Shown piece after piece: positions 38,008-46,990 of a DNA stretch of 64,000 nt (its first letter is position 1; each line of letters starts with the position of its first letter). Both the position numbers and the translations under genes were made by a program. The stretch covers positions 736,001 to 800,000 of the forward strand of contig CAVRAY010000002.1 of NCBI GenBank assembly GCA_963719225.1, given 5' to 3'. A model generated the notes under the pieces. That model ran no database searches. It saw only the letters and a program-made list of their open reading frames with translations, and was not told the origin of the DNA. Source of the stretch: Thermoanaerobaculia bacterium. GTDB lineage: Bacteria; Acidobacteriota; Thermoanaerobaculia; UBA5066.

Positions 38008-39741
38008 GTGCTCGCACCCGAGGAAGAAAAGTACTACCAGGACTTCCTCTCCGTGCTCGCCCAGAAGTGGCGGCCGTCGAAGGCGGCGTTCTACACGCTC
38101 GACCCGGGGGGTGCCGTCTTCCGCCTGAAGGCGGCGTTCGGGTTCACCCGCGGAGACCGCCTCGCCGACCGCCTTGGCCGCAACGACCCGCTCGTGAACC
38201 AGATCTACGAGCATCGCGAGCCCACCTTCATCAACAACGTGAACCAGGGTGGGAGGCTCTCGGACGCGATGGTCCAGGCGACGTCGACACGGATGCTCGT
38301 CGCCCCGCTCTACCTCGATGGCCGGATCATGGGCCTCGTCGACGTCCGCGAGAAGGCGGGCCGCGTCGCTTTTTCGCAGGACGACACGCTCGAGATCGCC
38401 GACCTCTTGCGGCACTTCGCGATCGAGATCCGCCGCCTCAACGATGCGATCGCCGGCGGCTCGATCCTCGGCGAGCCGCCTCCCACGATCGAGAGGCCGC
38501 TCGACGGCCCGGGCCCGCCTTCCGCACCCTCTCCGCTCGAGAAGACGTCGGGCTTCACGACCTCCCAGTTCCATACTTCGGGGGTCTACCGGCGCGTCGC
38601 GCCCTCGCCGGTCGCGGCGCCCGAGCAGGCCGAGACGGCCCTGCCTGGTGTCGCGTCGCGGATGATGCGGCTCGTCGAGGAGACGCTCGCGCGGGGCGGA
38701 ACACAGCGCATCGCGGCGCCGCCGGCCGGCACGCTGTCGGCGCGCGAGAGCGAGTTCGTTCAGGTCTACCTTCCGAGCTGCCTGAACTACGACGAGGTCG
38801 AGGTCGCCGCGGTGTCGTCCTTCCTGCCTTCGGGCGGAAGCGTGGCGGTCGCGTCGCGCCGCCCGCTCGACGCGGACGTCGTGCCGGCGCTCCTCGAGAA
38901 CCTCGAGAAGATCTTCGCGAAGACGGCCGTCCCGTTCGGCTTCGCGCACGATCCCGTCGTCCGGGCGCTCGACGCCCCCGGCGAGGGGAGGCCGTTGCGC
39001 CGCGCGGACATCGCCGCGATCCAGTCGTCGGTTCTCGACAGCTCGCCCGAGGGCGTCATCCTGTTCTCGCTCCTCTACCGGCATGGGCCGAATCCCGAAG
39101 CGCGCGAGGCGCTGCGGTCGGCGCACGTCGTCCTGCGCAACGTCCTTGCGGGCGCCCGCGGCGAGACGCGCTTCCGGGAGGCGTATCGCGGGCTCGTGAA
39201 CAAGCTCATCGAGCCCGGCATCCTGAGGCGCACGGCGCTCAAGACGCACTCCTTCAACGTCGGGCGCATGGCCCGCAAGCTCGCCGTGCAGACGGGCGTC
39301 GCGGCGATGGAGGTCGAACAGATCACGGTCGCGGCGATCCTCCACGACATCGGCCTCAGGGAGCTGAACTACGACACGCTCTACGCCAAGCGCACACTCA
39401 CGGACGAGGAGCTGACCCTCCTGAAGACCCACCCGAGGGTCGGGGCGTTCCTCGTCGAGGACATCCCCTGGCCGTACCCGATCGCGCCGCTCATCCGGCA
39501 CCACCACGAGCGCTGGGACGGCGGAGGGTACCCGGACGGCCTGAGGGGCGAGCAGATTCCCCTCGGCTCGCGCATCATCCACCTGTGCGAAGCTTTCGAC
39601 GCGATGACCGCGCCCACGTCCTACCGTGCGGTGCTGTCGGACTACCAGGCGCTCGACATCATCGAATCGAAGGCCGGGACGCAGTTCGACCCCGACCTCG
39701 CGCCGGAATTCAAGCGCATGGTCGAGAGCCCCTCGGACTGA
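38008..39741 (+). CDS. GAF + HD-GYP domain protein (cyclic dinucleotide phosphodiesterase family)
   Basis: N-terminal GAF-like region (MLVAPLY..GRIMGLV); HS.NV, LHDIG, HP.VG, HHHERWDGGGYPDGL, FDAM, QFDP; GGAGG RBS. Confidence 0.88.
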   Translation: MLAPEEEKYYQDFLSVLAQKWRPSKAAFYTLDPGGAVFRLKAAFGFTRGDRLADRLGRNDPLVNQIYEHREPTFINNVNQGGRLSDAMVQATSTRMLVAPLYLDGRIMGLVDVREKAGRVAFSQDDTLEIADLLRHFAIEIRRLNDAIAGGSILGEPPPTIERPLDGPGPPSAPSPLEKTSGFTTSQFHTSGVYRRVAPSPVAAPEQAETALPGVASRMMRLVEETLARGGTQRIAAPPAGTLSARESEFVQVYLPSCLNYDEVEVAAVSSFLPSGGSVAVASRRPLDADVVPALLENLEKIFAKTAVPFGFAHDPVVRALDAPGEGRPLRRADIAAIQSSVLDSSPEGVILFSLLYRHGPNPEAREALRSAHVVLRNVLAGARGETRFREAYRGLVNKLIEPGILRRTALKTHSFNVGRMARKLAVQTGVAAMEVEQITVAAILHDIGLRELNYDTLYAKRTLTDEELTLLKTHPRVGAFLVEDIPWPYPIAPLIRHHHERWDGGGYPDGLRGEQIPLGSRIIHLCEAFDAMTAPTSYRAVLSDYQALDIIESKAGTQFDPDLAPEFKRMVESPSD

Positions 39742-39751
39742 CGGGGCGGCC

Positions 39752-40270
39752 GTGAAGTCGCGGCTCGACCGCGAGGAGCGGAAGAAGGACGCGCGCGCCG
39801 CCGCGAAGAACGCGGGCGTGCGCCCGATCGCGACGAACCGGCGCGCCTTCCACGAGTATTTCATCGAGGAGAAGCTCGAGGCGGGGCTCGCGCTCACGGG
39901 CACCGAGGTGAAGTCCCTGCGCGAGGGAAAGGCGAGCCTGCAGGACGGATACGTCGCCGTCGAGGGCGACGAGGCCTGGCTCTTCAACGTGCACGTGCCG
40001 CCGTACACGGCCGGGAGCTACAACAACGTCGACGCGAAGCGGAAGCGGAAGCTTCTCCTGCACAAGCGCGAGATCCTGCGCCTCGCCTCGAAGATCCAGA
40101 GATCGGGCGCGACGTGCGTCCCGCTCACGATGTACTTCAAGGGGGCGCGCGTGAAGGTCGAGATCGCGCTCGTGACGGGCAAGAAGCTCCACGACAAGCG
40201 CGAGACGATCCGGCGCCGCGAAGCGGACCGCGAGGCGCGCGCGGCGATGAAGGACTCCCGGCGGCGATGA
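39752..40270 (+). CDS. smpB: SsrA-binding protein
   Basis: NRRAFHEY, EAGLALTGTEVKSLR, RKLLLHKREI, GKKLHDKR. Confidence 0.96.
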   Translation: MKSRLDREERKKDARAAAKNAGVRPIATNRRAFHEYFIEEKLEAGLALTGTEVKSLREGKASLQDGYVAVEGDEAWLFNVHVPPYTAGSYNNVDAKRKRKLLLHKREILRLASKIQRSGATCVPLTMYFKGARVKVEIALVTGKKLHDKRETIRRREADREARAAMKDSRRR

Positions 40271-40484
40271 CGGGCGGACCTCGAAGGCCCGGGGAAATTC
40301 GACGCCCGATCGCCTCCGGAACGACCGTTTTTTGACGGACTCGATGCCCGAGGGGCCCTCCAGGCGCGCCATCTGGTGAGTCACATCACCGAAGAGCGTG
40401 GATTTCCGTGGGTCCGTATCACTTCCCGGCGACGATCGAGAGTCGGCATGGGTCCCGCAAAGGGACGGGGGAGCGAGGGGACAC

Positions 40485-42264
40485 ATGGCGATCCATTTCC
40501 GGTGTACGGCTCGAGGTGTCTTCGTGCGAGGGCTCGTCCTTTTCGGGGCGCTTGCCTTCGGCGGGCCTCTCGCGGCCGTGCACACGGAAGAGGCCATCCC
40601 GGCAGGAGCGCCGGGCAAGGTCGTCGACGTCCCCGGCCGCGGTGAGGGGGAGCTCCTGCGCCTCGACGACCGTCTCGTGCCCGCGCTCCTCGCGCTCGCT
40701 CCCGAGGAGGCGGCCGCCGTCGCGGACTGGCCGGTCGCTCCCGGCGTCCGCCGGGCCGTCCGCCTCGTCCGCCACGACGTCTGGGCGCAGGACGCGAAGG
40801 TCTTCCGCGTGGACTCGGGCGTACGCACGGAGATCCCGCGCCCGACCTCTCGTCTTCTTCTGGGGGAGCGACACCGAAGGTGGAGGAAGCCGCGTCCTCG
40901 TCTCGGTGGACGCGCGGACGCGGACGCTGACGGCGCTCGTCCACGGTCCCGACGGCGTGCGCGAGATCGCGCGCGACGCGTCGGACGCCGCGGGCCGGCT
41001 CCTTCTCGCGTCGCCGGCGCGCCCCGACTTCGCGAACGTGACGTGCGGGCAGGAGGACTTCCCCGACACGGCCTGGCTGCCGAACGCTTCGGCGGGTCTC
41101 GCGGGAGCCGGGCGGGGCGCTCTCGTCCTCGGCTCGCTCTACAAGGCCGTCCTCGCGATCGACACGGACACGGAGTACCTTCTGTCGTTCTCCAACAACA
41201 CGACCGCGACGACGAACTACATCGCGACCCTCGTCGCGAACATCAACGTCATGTACGAGCGGGACCTGAACCTGAGGCTCGTCATCGGGACGACGTTCCT
41301 CAGGACGGGCTCGGACCCGTGGACGGTGACGGGCTCTCCGGCCAGTGGGAGCCATCTGAGACAGTTTAGGGACTACTGGAACACGAATTACCCGAAGGCC
41401 GCGTATCCGCGCTCGTTTGCGGCGCTCTTCTCGGGGAAGAGCCCGGGCGGCTATATCTCGGGCGTCGCGTACGTCGCGAGCTCCGTCTGCGGAGGCACGA
41501 GCGACTACAGCTTCAACGAAATCTCCGCGCACGGGAACTGGGTCTGGGGCGACACTCTGATCGTCGGCCACGAGATCGGGCACAACATGGGCTCGCCTCA
41601 TACGCACTGCTATCCTGACCCCGCGCCCGACCGTTGCTACGCCTTGGAGGGCTGCTACTCGGGGCCGACGTCCTGCCCGGCCGCGCAGACGATCAACGGC
41701 ATGACGAACGTGACGGGGACGATCATGAGCTACTGCCACCGTCCAATATCAGCGGCTGTGGCTCGTCGTTGGTCTTCCACCCGACGTCCGTGAGCGCATA
41801 CATCGGCCTCGGCCGCTCACCAAGGGTGCTTCTGCCGGTTGCATCGCGATCGTCGTCCCTCCTCCTCCTCCTCCTCCTCCCGTCTCCGCCGCGACGACGT
41901 TCCACCCGCTCACGCCGTGCCGGCTCCTCGACACGCGCAACCCGACCGGGCCGCTCGGCGGGCCGTCGCTCGGCGCGCGCTCCTGCGCCCGTTCGTCGCA
42001 TCAGGCACGTGCAGTGTCCCGGCCGGCGCCGTCGCGATCTCCGCGAACGTCACGGCCGTGAACCCCGCGGCGACCGGAGACCTCGTCGTCTACCCGAACG
42101 GAATCGCGTCCCCTCCGGCCTCCTCGTCGCTGAGCTTCCGCGCGGGGCGCACGCGCGCGAACAACACGATCGTCTACGTCGCCTCGGACGGCAGCCTCCT
42201 CGTGAAGAACAAGGCCGCCGGCTCCCTCGACCTCCTCATCGACGTCAACGGCTACTACAAGTGA
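40485..42264 (+). CDS. Secreted reprolysin-like (M12B) zinc metalloprotease + poly-Pro linker + shared C-terminal domain; at least 4 frameshifts
   Basis: AIDTDTEY, GVAY, HEIGHNMGSPH zinc motif, GTIMSYCH Met-turn; frames switch near 40845, 41742, 41810 and 41980; ends DVNGYYK. Confidence 0.8.
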
Positions 42265-43949
42265 GACCCGGGGTCGGCGCGGCCGCCTTCGTCCTGCTCG
42301 GAGGGCTTGGTGCGGGAACCGCGGCCGCGACGACGTACCTCCCGATCACGGACACCGAGCTCATCCAGCGTTCGGCGGTCGTCGTGCGCGGAACGGTGGC
42401 GGATGCGCGCGTCGAAGAGGGCGCGGCGGGTTTCGTCACCGTCTACCGTTTTCGCGTGGCCGACACGTGGAAGGGGGGCTCGGCGCCCGAGATCGAGATC
42501 CTCGTCCCGGGCGGGACGGACGGAACGCGGGGGACCGCCTTCTGGGGGATGCCGGAGTTCCGGCCGGGAGACGAGGAAGTCCTCTTCCTCAACGCGGGCT
42601 TCGACGGGCGCTTCCGCGTCAGCGAGCTTCTGCTCGGCGCGTTCGAGGTGGTGGAGGACGCGGCCGGCAAGCGATTCGCGATGCGGACTCGCCTCGCGCT
42701 CGGCGACGTCGGCTATGCGCGCTCCGGCCGCGGCAGCGGCGAGACCTCCGACGAAGCCGAGCCCGTGCGTGAGCTCGGTGCCTTCCGCGCCGTCGTGCGC
42801 GCTCCCGCTTCGTTCGCGGCGCGCGCGCAGCTCGTCGAGGCAAGCCGCTCCGTGACCGGGACGCTGCTCCCGCGCGCGCACGGACGGCGCACTCCAAACT
42901 GGGTCCTCATCAATCCGCCGGTTCCGATGCGTTTCAACTGGAGCCCCGGAGGGCAGGCCGCCGCGTCCATCGGGTATACGCCCGGCGGCCAGTCGAATCT
43001 GAGCGACGGCTCCAACGGCGTCTCGCACATCGTGACGGCCGTGAGCTCCTGGTCGGGCGTCTCCGGCGCCGACATTCGCCTCGGGGCGCCGGCGTCCGGC
43101 ACGTCCGGAGTCGCGATCACCGTCAACCTGAACGTGGCGGCCGATCCCTACGGCTCCTGGACGACGCCCCTCTGCGGCGGCGGCGTCCTCGGTGTCGCGA
43201 GCTCGCACTATTCCGGGACGCACGCGTGGGCGGGCGGGACGTGGTACACGGCGGTCTCGGGCGGCGTCTGGATTCGCGCGTACTCGTGCTCGACCGCCGC
43301 GTCCACGTTCGTGAACGTGCTCGCGCACGAGCTCGGGCACGTGATCGGGTTCGGGCATTCCGACCAGGCGGTCGACGCGCGCGACACGGACACCACGAAC
43401 AACTGCCTCGCGACCATGAAGTCCTGTCTCGGCCCGTGCGGCCAGGCCCCGTGCAACAACGTCAACAATCTCCGGTTCCCGTTCGCGCTGGGAGCGGACG
43501 ACGCGGAAGTCGCGAGGTTCGTCTACCAGGCAGCGGGTCCGCCGCCGCCGCCGCCCCCTCCGCCCGTCTCGGCGGCGACGAGCTTCTACCCGCTCACGCC
43601 GTGCCGGGTCCTCGACACGAGGAACGCCGCGGGCCCGCTCGGCGGTCCGTCGTTGAGCGGCGGAAGCCTGCGCTCGTTCGTCGCGACCAGCGCCTGCGGG
43701 GTCCCCGCCGGCGTCGTCGCGATTTCCGCGAACGCGACGGCCGTGAGCCCGGCCGCGACCGGCGACCTCGTCCTCTATCCGAACGGGATCGCGTCGCCCC
43801 CGGCGACCTCGACGCTGAGCTTCCGCGCCGGGCGCACGCGGGCGAACAACACGATCGTCTCCGTCGCCTCGGACGGCAGCTTCCTCGTGAAGAACAACGG
43901 GGGTGGAAGCCTGGACTTCGTCCTCGACGTCAACGGCTACTACAAGTGA
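42261..43949 (+). CDS. Secreted matrixin-like (M10) zinc metalloprotease + shared C-terminal domain
   Basis: GTG overlaps the previous stop; signal peptide; GGVLG, HELGHVIGFGHS, ATM Met-turn, DD; PPPPPPPP linker; ends DVNGYYK. Confidence 0.87.
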   Translation: MRPGVGAAAFVLLGGLGAGTAAATTYLPITDTELIQRSAVVVRGTVADARVEEGAAGFVTVYRFRVADTWKGGSAPEIEILVPGGTDGTRGTAFWGMPEFRPGDEEVLFLNAGFDGRFRVSELLLGAFEVVEDAAGKRFAMRTRLALGDVGYARSGRGSGETSDEAEPVRELGAFRAVVRAPASFAARAQLVEASRSVTGTLLPRAHGRRTPNWVLINPPVPMRFNWSPGGQAAASIGYTPGGQSNLSDGSNGVSHIVTAVSSWSGVSGADIRLGAPASGTSGVAITVNLNVAADPYGSWTTPLCGGGVLGVASSHYSGTHAWAGGTWYTAVSGGVWIRAYSCSTAASTFVNVLAHELGHVIGFGHSDQAVDARDTDTTNNCLATMKSCLGPCGQAPCNNVNNLRFPFALGADDAEVARFVYQAAGPPPPPPPPPVSAATSFYPLTPCRVLDTRNAAGPLGGPSLSGGSLRSFVATSACGVPAGVVAISANATAVSPAATGDLVLYPNGIASPPATSTLSFRAGRTRANNTIVSVASDGSFLVKNNGGGSLDFVLDVNGYYK

Positions 43950-45346
43950 GCGCCGGCGCCCGTGCCGCCTTCCTCGGCCTCCTCGCGGCGGCGCTCGCCG
44001 CGCCGCTCGCGGGCCAGCCGGTCGAGGGCGGGCCGCTCCCGGGACCGCTGCCGCTTTTCCCGGCGGACAACTGGTGGAACGTGGACGTGAGCGCCGCGCC
44101 CGTCGACCCGGCGAGCGCGGCGTTCATCGCGTGGATCGGCGCGGCGAAGGGGATGCATCCCGACTTCGGAGGCGACGCCGGAGCCCCCGCGATTTACGGG
44201 ATGCCGTACGCCGTCGTGCCCGGCACGCAGCCGCTCGAGTCCGTGGCCTTCGACTACGCGTCCGAGAGTGATACGGGCGCGCCGGGGAGGCCTGCGGGCT
44301 ATCCGATTCCGGTGGAGGCGAAGACGCAGTCCCACTGGATCGAGGGAGGCTATCCGGGAAACTGCGATTCCGCCCCGAAGACCTCCCCGTGCCGCGGCGA
44401 CAAGCACATGCTCGTCGTGGACGCGGACCGCCGGCTCCTCTTCGAGACGTGGAACACGCGCTGCCTGCCCGCGGGTTCGGCGTCGTGCGCCTGGCGCGCG
44501 GGCTCCGGGGCCGTCTTCTCCCTCGATTCGAACGCGCGGAGGCCCGCGGGCTGGACGAGCGCGGATGCCGCGGGTCTCGCGATCCTCCCCGGGCTCGTCC
44601 GGTACGACGAGGCGTACGGCGCGCAGCCCATCCGCCACGCGTTCCGGTTCACGGTCCGCGACACGAACGGCTACGTCTTCCCGGCCTCGCACGTCGCAGG
44701 CTCGAACGCGAGCGCGCCCCCGATGGGCGCGCGCCTGAGGCTCAAGGCGTCGAAGGACATCTCGGGGTTCACGGCGCCGCTCCAGCGCATCTTCCAGGCG
44801 ATGAAGACGTACGGTCTCATCGTCGCGGACAACGGCTCGGACATGTACGTGCAGGGCACCTACGACGCGCGCTGGGACAACGACGTCCTGAACCCGGCGT
44901 TCGCCGCGATCCACGCGGGCGACTTCGAGGTCGTCCAGCTCGGCTGGCAACCGTCCGCTCCGCCCGTCGCGACGACGTTCCGCGTCGTCGCCCCGTGCCG
45001 CATCCTCGACACGCGTGTTCCCGGGCTGCCGGCGTCCGGGCGCCTCGCCGCGGGAACGCAGAAGTCGTTCGTACTCGCGGGTGCCTGCGGCGTCCCCGCG
45101 GCGGCCGTCGCCCTGTCGGCGAACGTGACCGTCGTCGCGCCCTCCGGCGCGGGCGACGTCGTCGTCTTTCCCGCGGGGACCGGCGCCCCGGGAGCCTCGA
45201 CGGTCAGCTTTCCCGCCGGGCGCACGCGGGCGAACAACGCCCAGATCCTGTTGTCGTCGGACGGCACGGGGCGTGCAACGGTGAGAAACAACGCCGCTGG
45301 CGCGTTCGATCTCGTCATCGACGTCAACGGGTACTACTACGAGTAG
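43946..45346 (+). CDS. Secreted conserved hypothetical protein + shared C-terminal domain
   Basis: Signal peptide; FPADNWWN, GDKHMLV, WTSADAAGL.ILPGLVRYDE, HAFRFT, MGARLRL, YGLIVADNG; ends DVNGYYYE. Confidence 0.8.
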   Translation: MSAGARAAFLGLLAAALAAPLAGQPVEGGPLPGPLPLFPADNWWNVDVSAAPVDPASAAFIAWIGAAKGMHPDFGGDAGAPAIYGMPYAVVPGTQPLESVAFDYASESDTGAPGRPAGYPIPVEAKTQSHWIEGGYPGNCDSAPKTSPCRGDKHMLVVDADRRLLFETWNTRCLPAGSASCAWRAGSGAVFSLDSNARRPAGWTSADAAGLAILPGLVRYDEAYGAQPIRHAFRFTVRDTNGYVFPASHVAGSNASAPPMGARLRLKASKDISGFTAPLQRIFQAMKTYGLIVADNGSDMYVQGTYDARWDNDVLNPAFAAIHAGDFEVVQLGWQPSAPPVATTFRVVAPCRILDTRVPGLPASGRLAAGTQKSFVLAGACGVPAAAVALSANVTVVAPSGAGDVVVFPAGTGAPGASTVSFPAGRTRANNAQILLSSDGTGRATVRNNAAGAFDLVIDVNGYYYE

Positions 45347-45380
45347 CCGCCCGCCCTTTCCCGACGCTAGACTCGATCGG

Positions 45381-46880
45381 GTGCCGTCGAAAAGGAGAGC
45401 GTCGAGAGTCGCGGAGACGGTGGAGGCTCCGGTCCGCGACAACGGGCCCGGGCGGGGCGACCTCGCCGCCGCGCTCGCGCTTGCAGCAATCATCGGATTC
45501 GTCTTCCGCGGCGGGCTCGCGAACGGGCTCGTCGGCGACGACTTCAGCCTCATCAATTACTGCCGGCTGGACGGGCTCGCGGCGGTCCTCCGGGATTTCG
45601 ACCCCGTCCGCGAGGTCTGGTATTACCGCCCGCTCACGAAGATCGTGTTCGGTTTCGCGTACGCGCTCTGGGGAACGGCCCCGTGGCCCTATCACGTCGT
45701 GAGTCTCCTCGCGCATGCCGTCGCGTCGGCGCTCGTCTATTTCGTCGCCCGACGCGCGGGAGCGTCCCCGATCCCGGCCTTCGTGGGAACGCTCCTCTTC
45801 GCCGTTCATTTCCGCAACCACGAGAGCGTGTTCTGGTTCAGCGCGATTTCGTATCCGCTCTCGACGTGCTTCGGGCTCGCGTCCGCGCTCCTGTTCCGGG
45901 CGAGCCTCGAGGAGCCCCGCCGCGGCCTGCTCGCGGGATCGCTCCTCGCATCCTTCGCCGCGATGCTCACGAAGGACACGGCCGCGGTCGTCCCCGTGCT
46001 CGCCGCGCTCTACGGGCTCCTCTTCGCCGGCGGAGGGTTCGCGCGCGCGACGCGCCGCGTCAGGCTCCGGAGCCTCGTGCCCCTCGGCCTCGTGCTGCTC
46101 CTCGGGGTCGCCCTGCAGGCCGTCCCCGTCGAGGGCAGGCCGTTCGCGCGCGGCGGCGCCGCCTTCTCGCCGAAGGGCGCGCACGCCTCGCTCGATTTCG
46201 TCGAGCGCTCCGCCGCGCTCGCGGTGCCCGGCCTCGAGTCCCTCTCCGAGGCGCCGCGGCAGGCGCTGGCGCTGGCCGCCGCGCTGGGCCTCGCCGCTTA
46301 CGCGGTCGTGCGGCGGAGCCGGCTCGCGCTCTTCGGCCTCGCCTGGGTCGTGCTCGCGCACCTCCCGTTCTACGCGTTCGTCCCGCGGATGGGAGACCTC
46401 TACCTGTACCTTCCGCTCGCCGGCGTCGCTCTGATCGCGGTCGACGCGGCGGAGCTCTCCCTGTCGCGCGTCGGGAGCGCGCTTCCGCGCGCTGCGGCCG
46501 CCCTTGCCGTGGGGACGCTCCTCGTCTGGTCCGCCGCGCGCATCGACGCGCAGGCTCTTCGCTGGAGGGCGGCGGGCGACGTCGTCAACGGCGTCGTCTC
46601 GGCCGTGAAGGAGGCCCGCCCGTCTCTCCCGCGCGGCGCGACGCTCGTCCTCGAGGGACTGCCCGACCGCGTCGGCGGCGTCTATGCGTTCAACAACGCC
46701 GTGCCCGCGGTCTTCTGGCTCGCGTATGCGGACCGGACGCTCGACATCGTCCGGCCGGAGCCCGGCGGTGGGCCCGGGGATCCCGCCGCTCCGCATTTCC
46801 TGTACGACGGCGGACGTTTCTACGAGGTCGACGGGCTCGGCCGCCGCCGGCTCCTCCGGCAGTTCGACGAGCCGGACTGA
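45381..46880 (+). CDS. GT-C-fold membrane glycosyltransferase, TMTC-like core without TPRs
   Basis: DD after TM1 (GDDF), YYRPL, YH..SL..H, LLFAVH..H.E.V, K after mid TM, LYLP; ~11 TM segments. Confidence 0.72.
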   Translation: MPSKRRASRVAETVEAPVRDNGPGRGDLAAALALAAIIGFVFRGGLANGLVGDDFSLINYCRLDGLAAVLRDFDPVREVWYYRPLTKIVFGFAYALWGTAPWPYHVVSLLAHAVASALVYFVARRAGASPIPAFVGTLLFAVHFRNHESVFWFSAISYPLSTCFGLASALLFRASLEEPRRGLLAGSLLASFAAMLTKDTAAVVPVLAALYGLLFAGGGFARATRRVRLRSLVPLGLVLLLGVALQAVPVEGRPFARGGAAFSPKGAHASLDFVERSAALAVPGLESLSEAPRQALALAAALGLAAYAVVRRSRLALFGLAWVVLAHLPFYAFVPRMGDLYLYLPLAGVALIAVDAAELSLSRVGSALPRAAAALAVGTLLVWSAARIDAQALRWRAAGDVVNGVVSAVKEARPSLPRGATLVLEGLPDRVGGVYAFNNAVPAVFWLAYADRTLDIVRPEPGGGPGDPAAPHFLYDGGRFYEVDGLGRRRLLRQFDEPD

Positions 46881-46925
46881 AGGCGATGGAAAGAGCGCGC
46901 GGGGATTCGTCACTCCGGGTCGCGG

Positions 46926-46941
46926 CGGCACGGCCCGTGCT
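46926..46941 (+). promoter_or_regulatory. Putative sigma-54 promoter (alternatively a short terminator hairpin)
   Basis: CGGCACGGCCCGTGCT (GG-N10-GC), 50 bp before ATG 46991; also folds as GCACG-GCC-CGTGC followed by TTTT. Confidence 0.45.
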
Positions 46942-46990
46942 TTTCGGGACGAGGAATACGGGGGCCGGGCCGTGCCCGGGCGATGGAGGC

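Noticed and set aside
40271-40330. Possible tmRNA or tmRNA remnant after smpB (TTCGA...CGCCTCC)
   Set aside because: No pairing T-stem, acceptor stem, CCA end or tag reading frame can be built.
41900-43949. Repeat pair as DGR template/variable region
   Set aside because: Both copies are coding, the differences are not adenine-specific, and there is no reverse transcriptase in the window.
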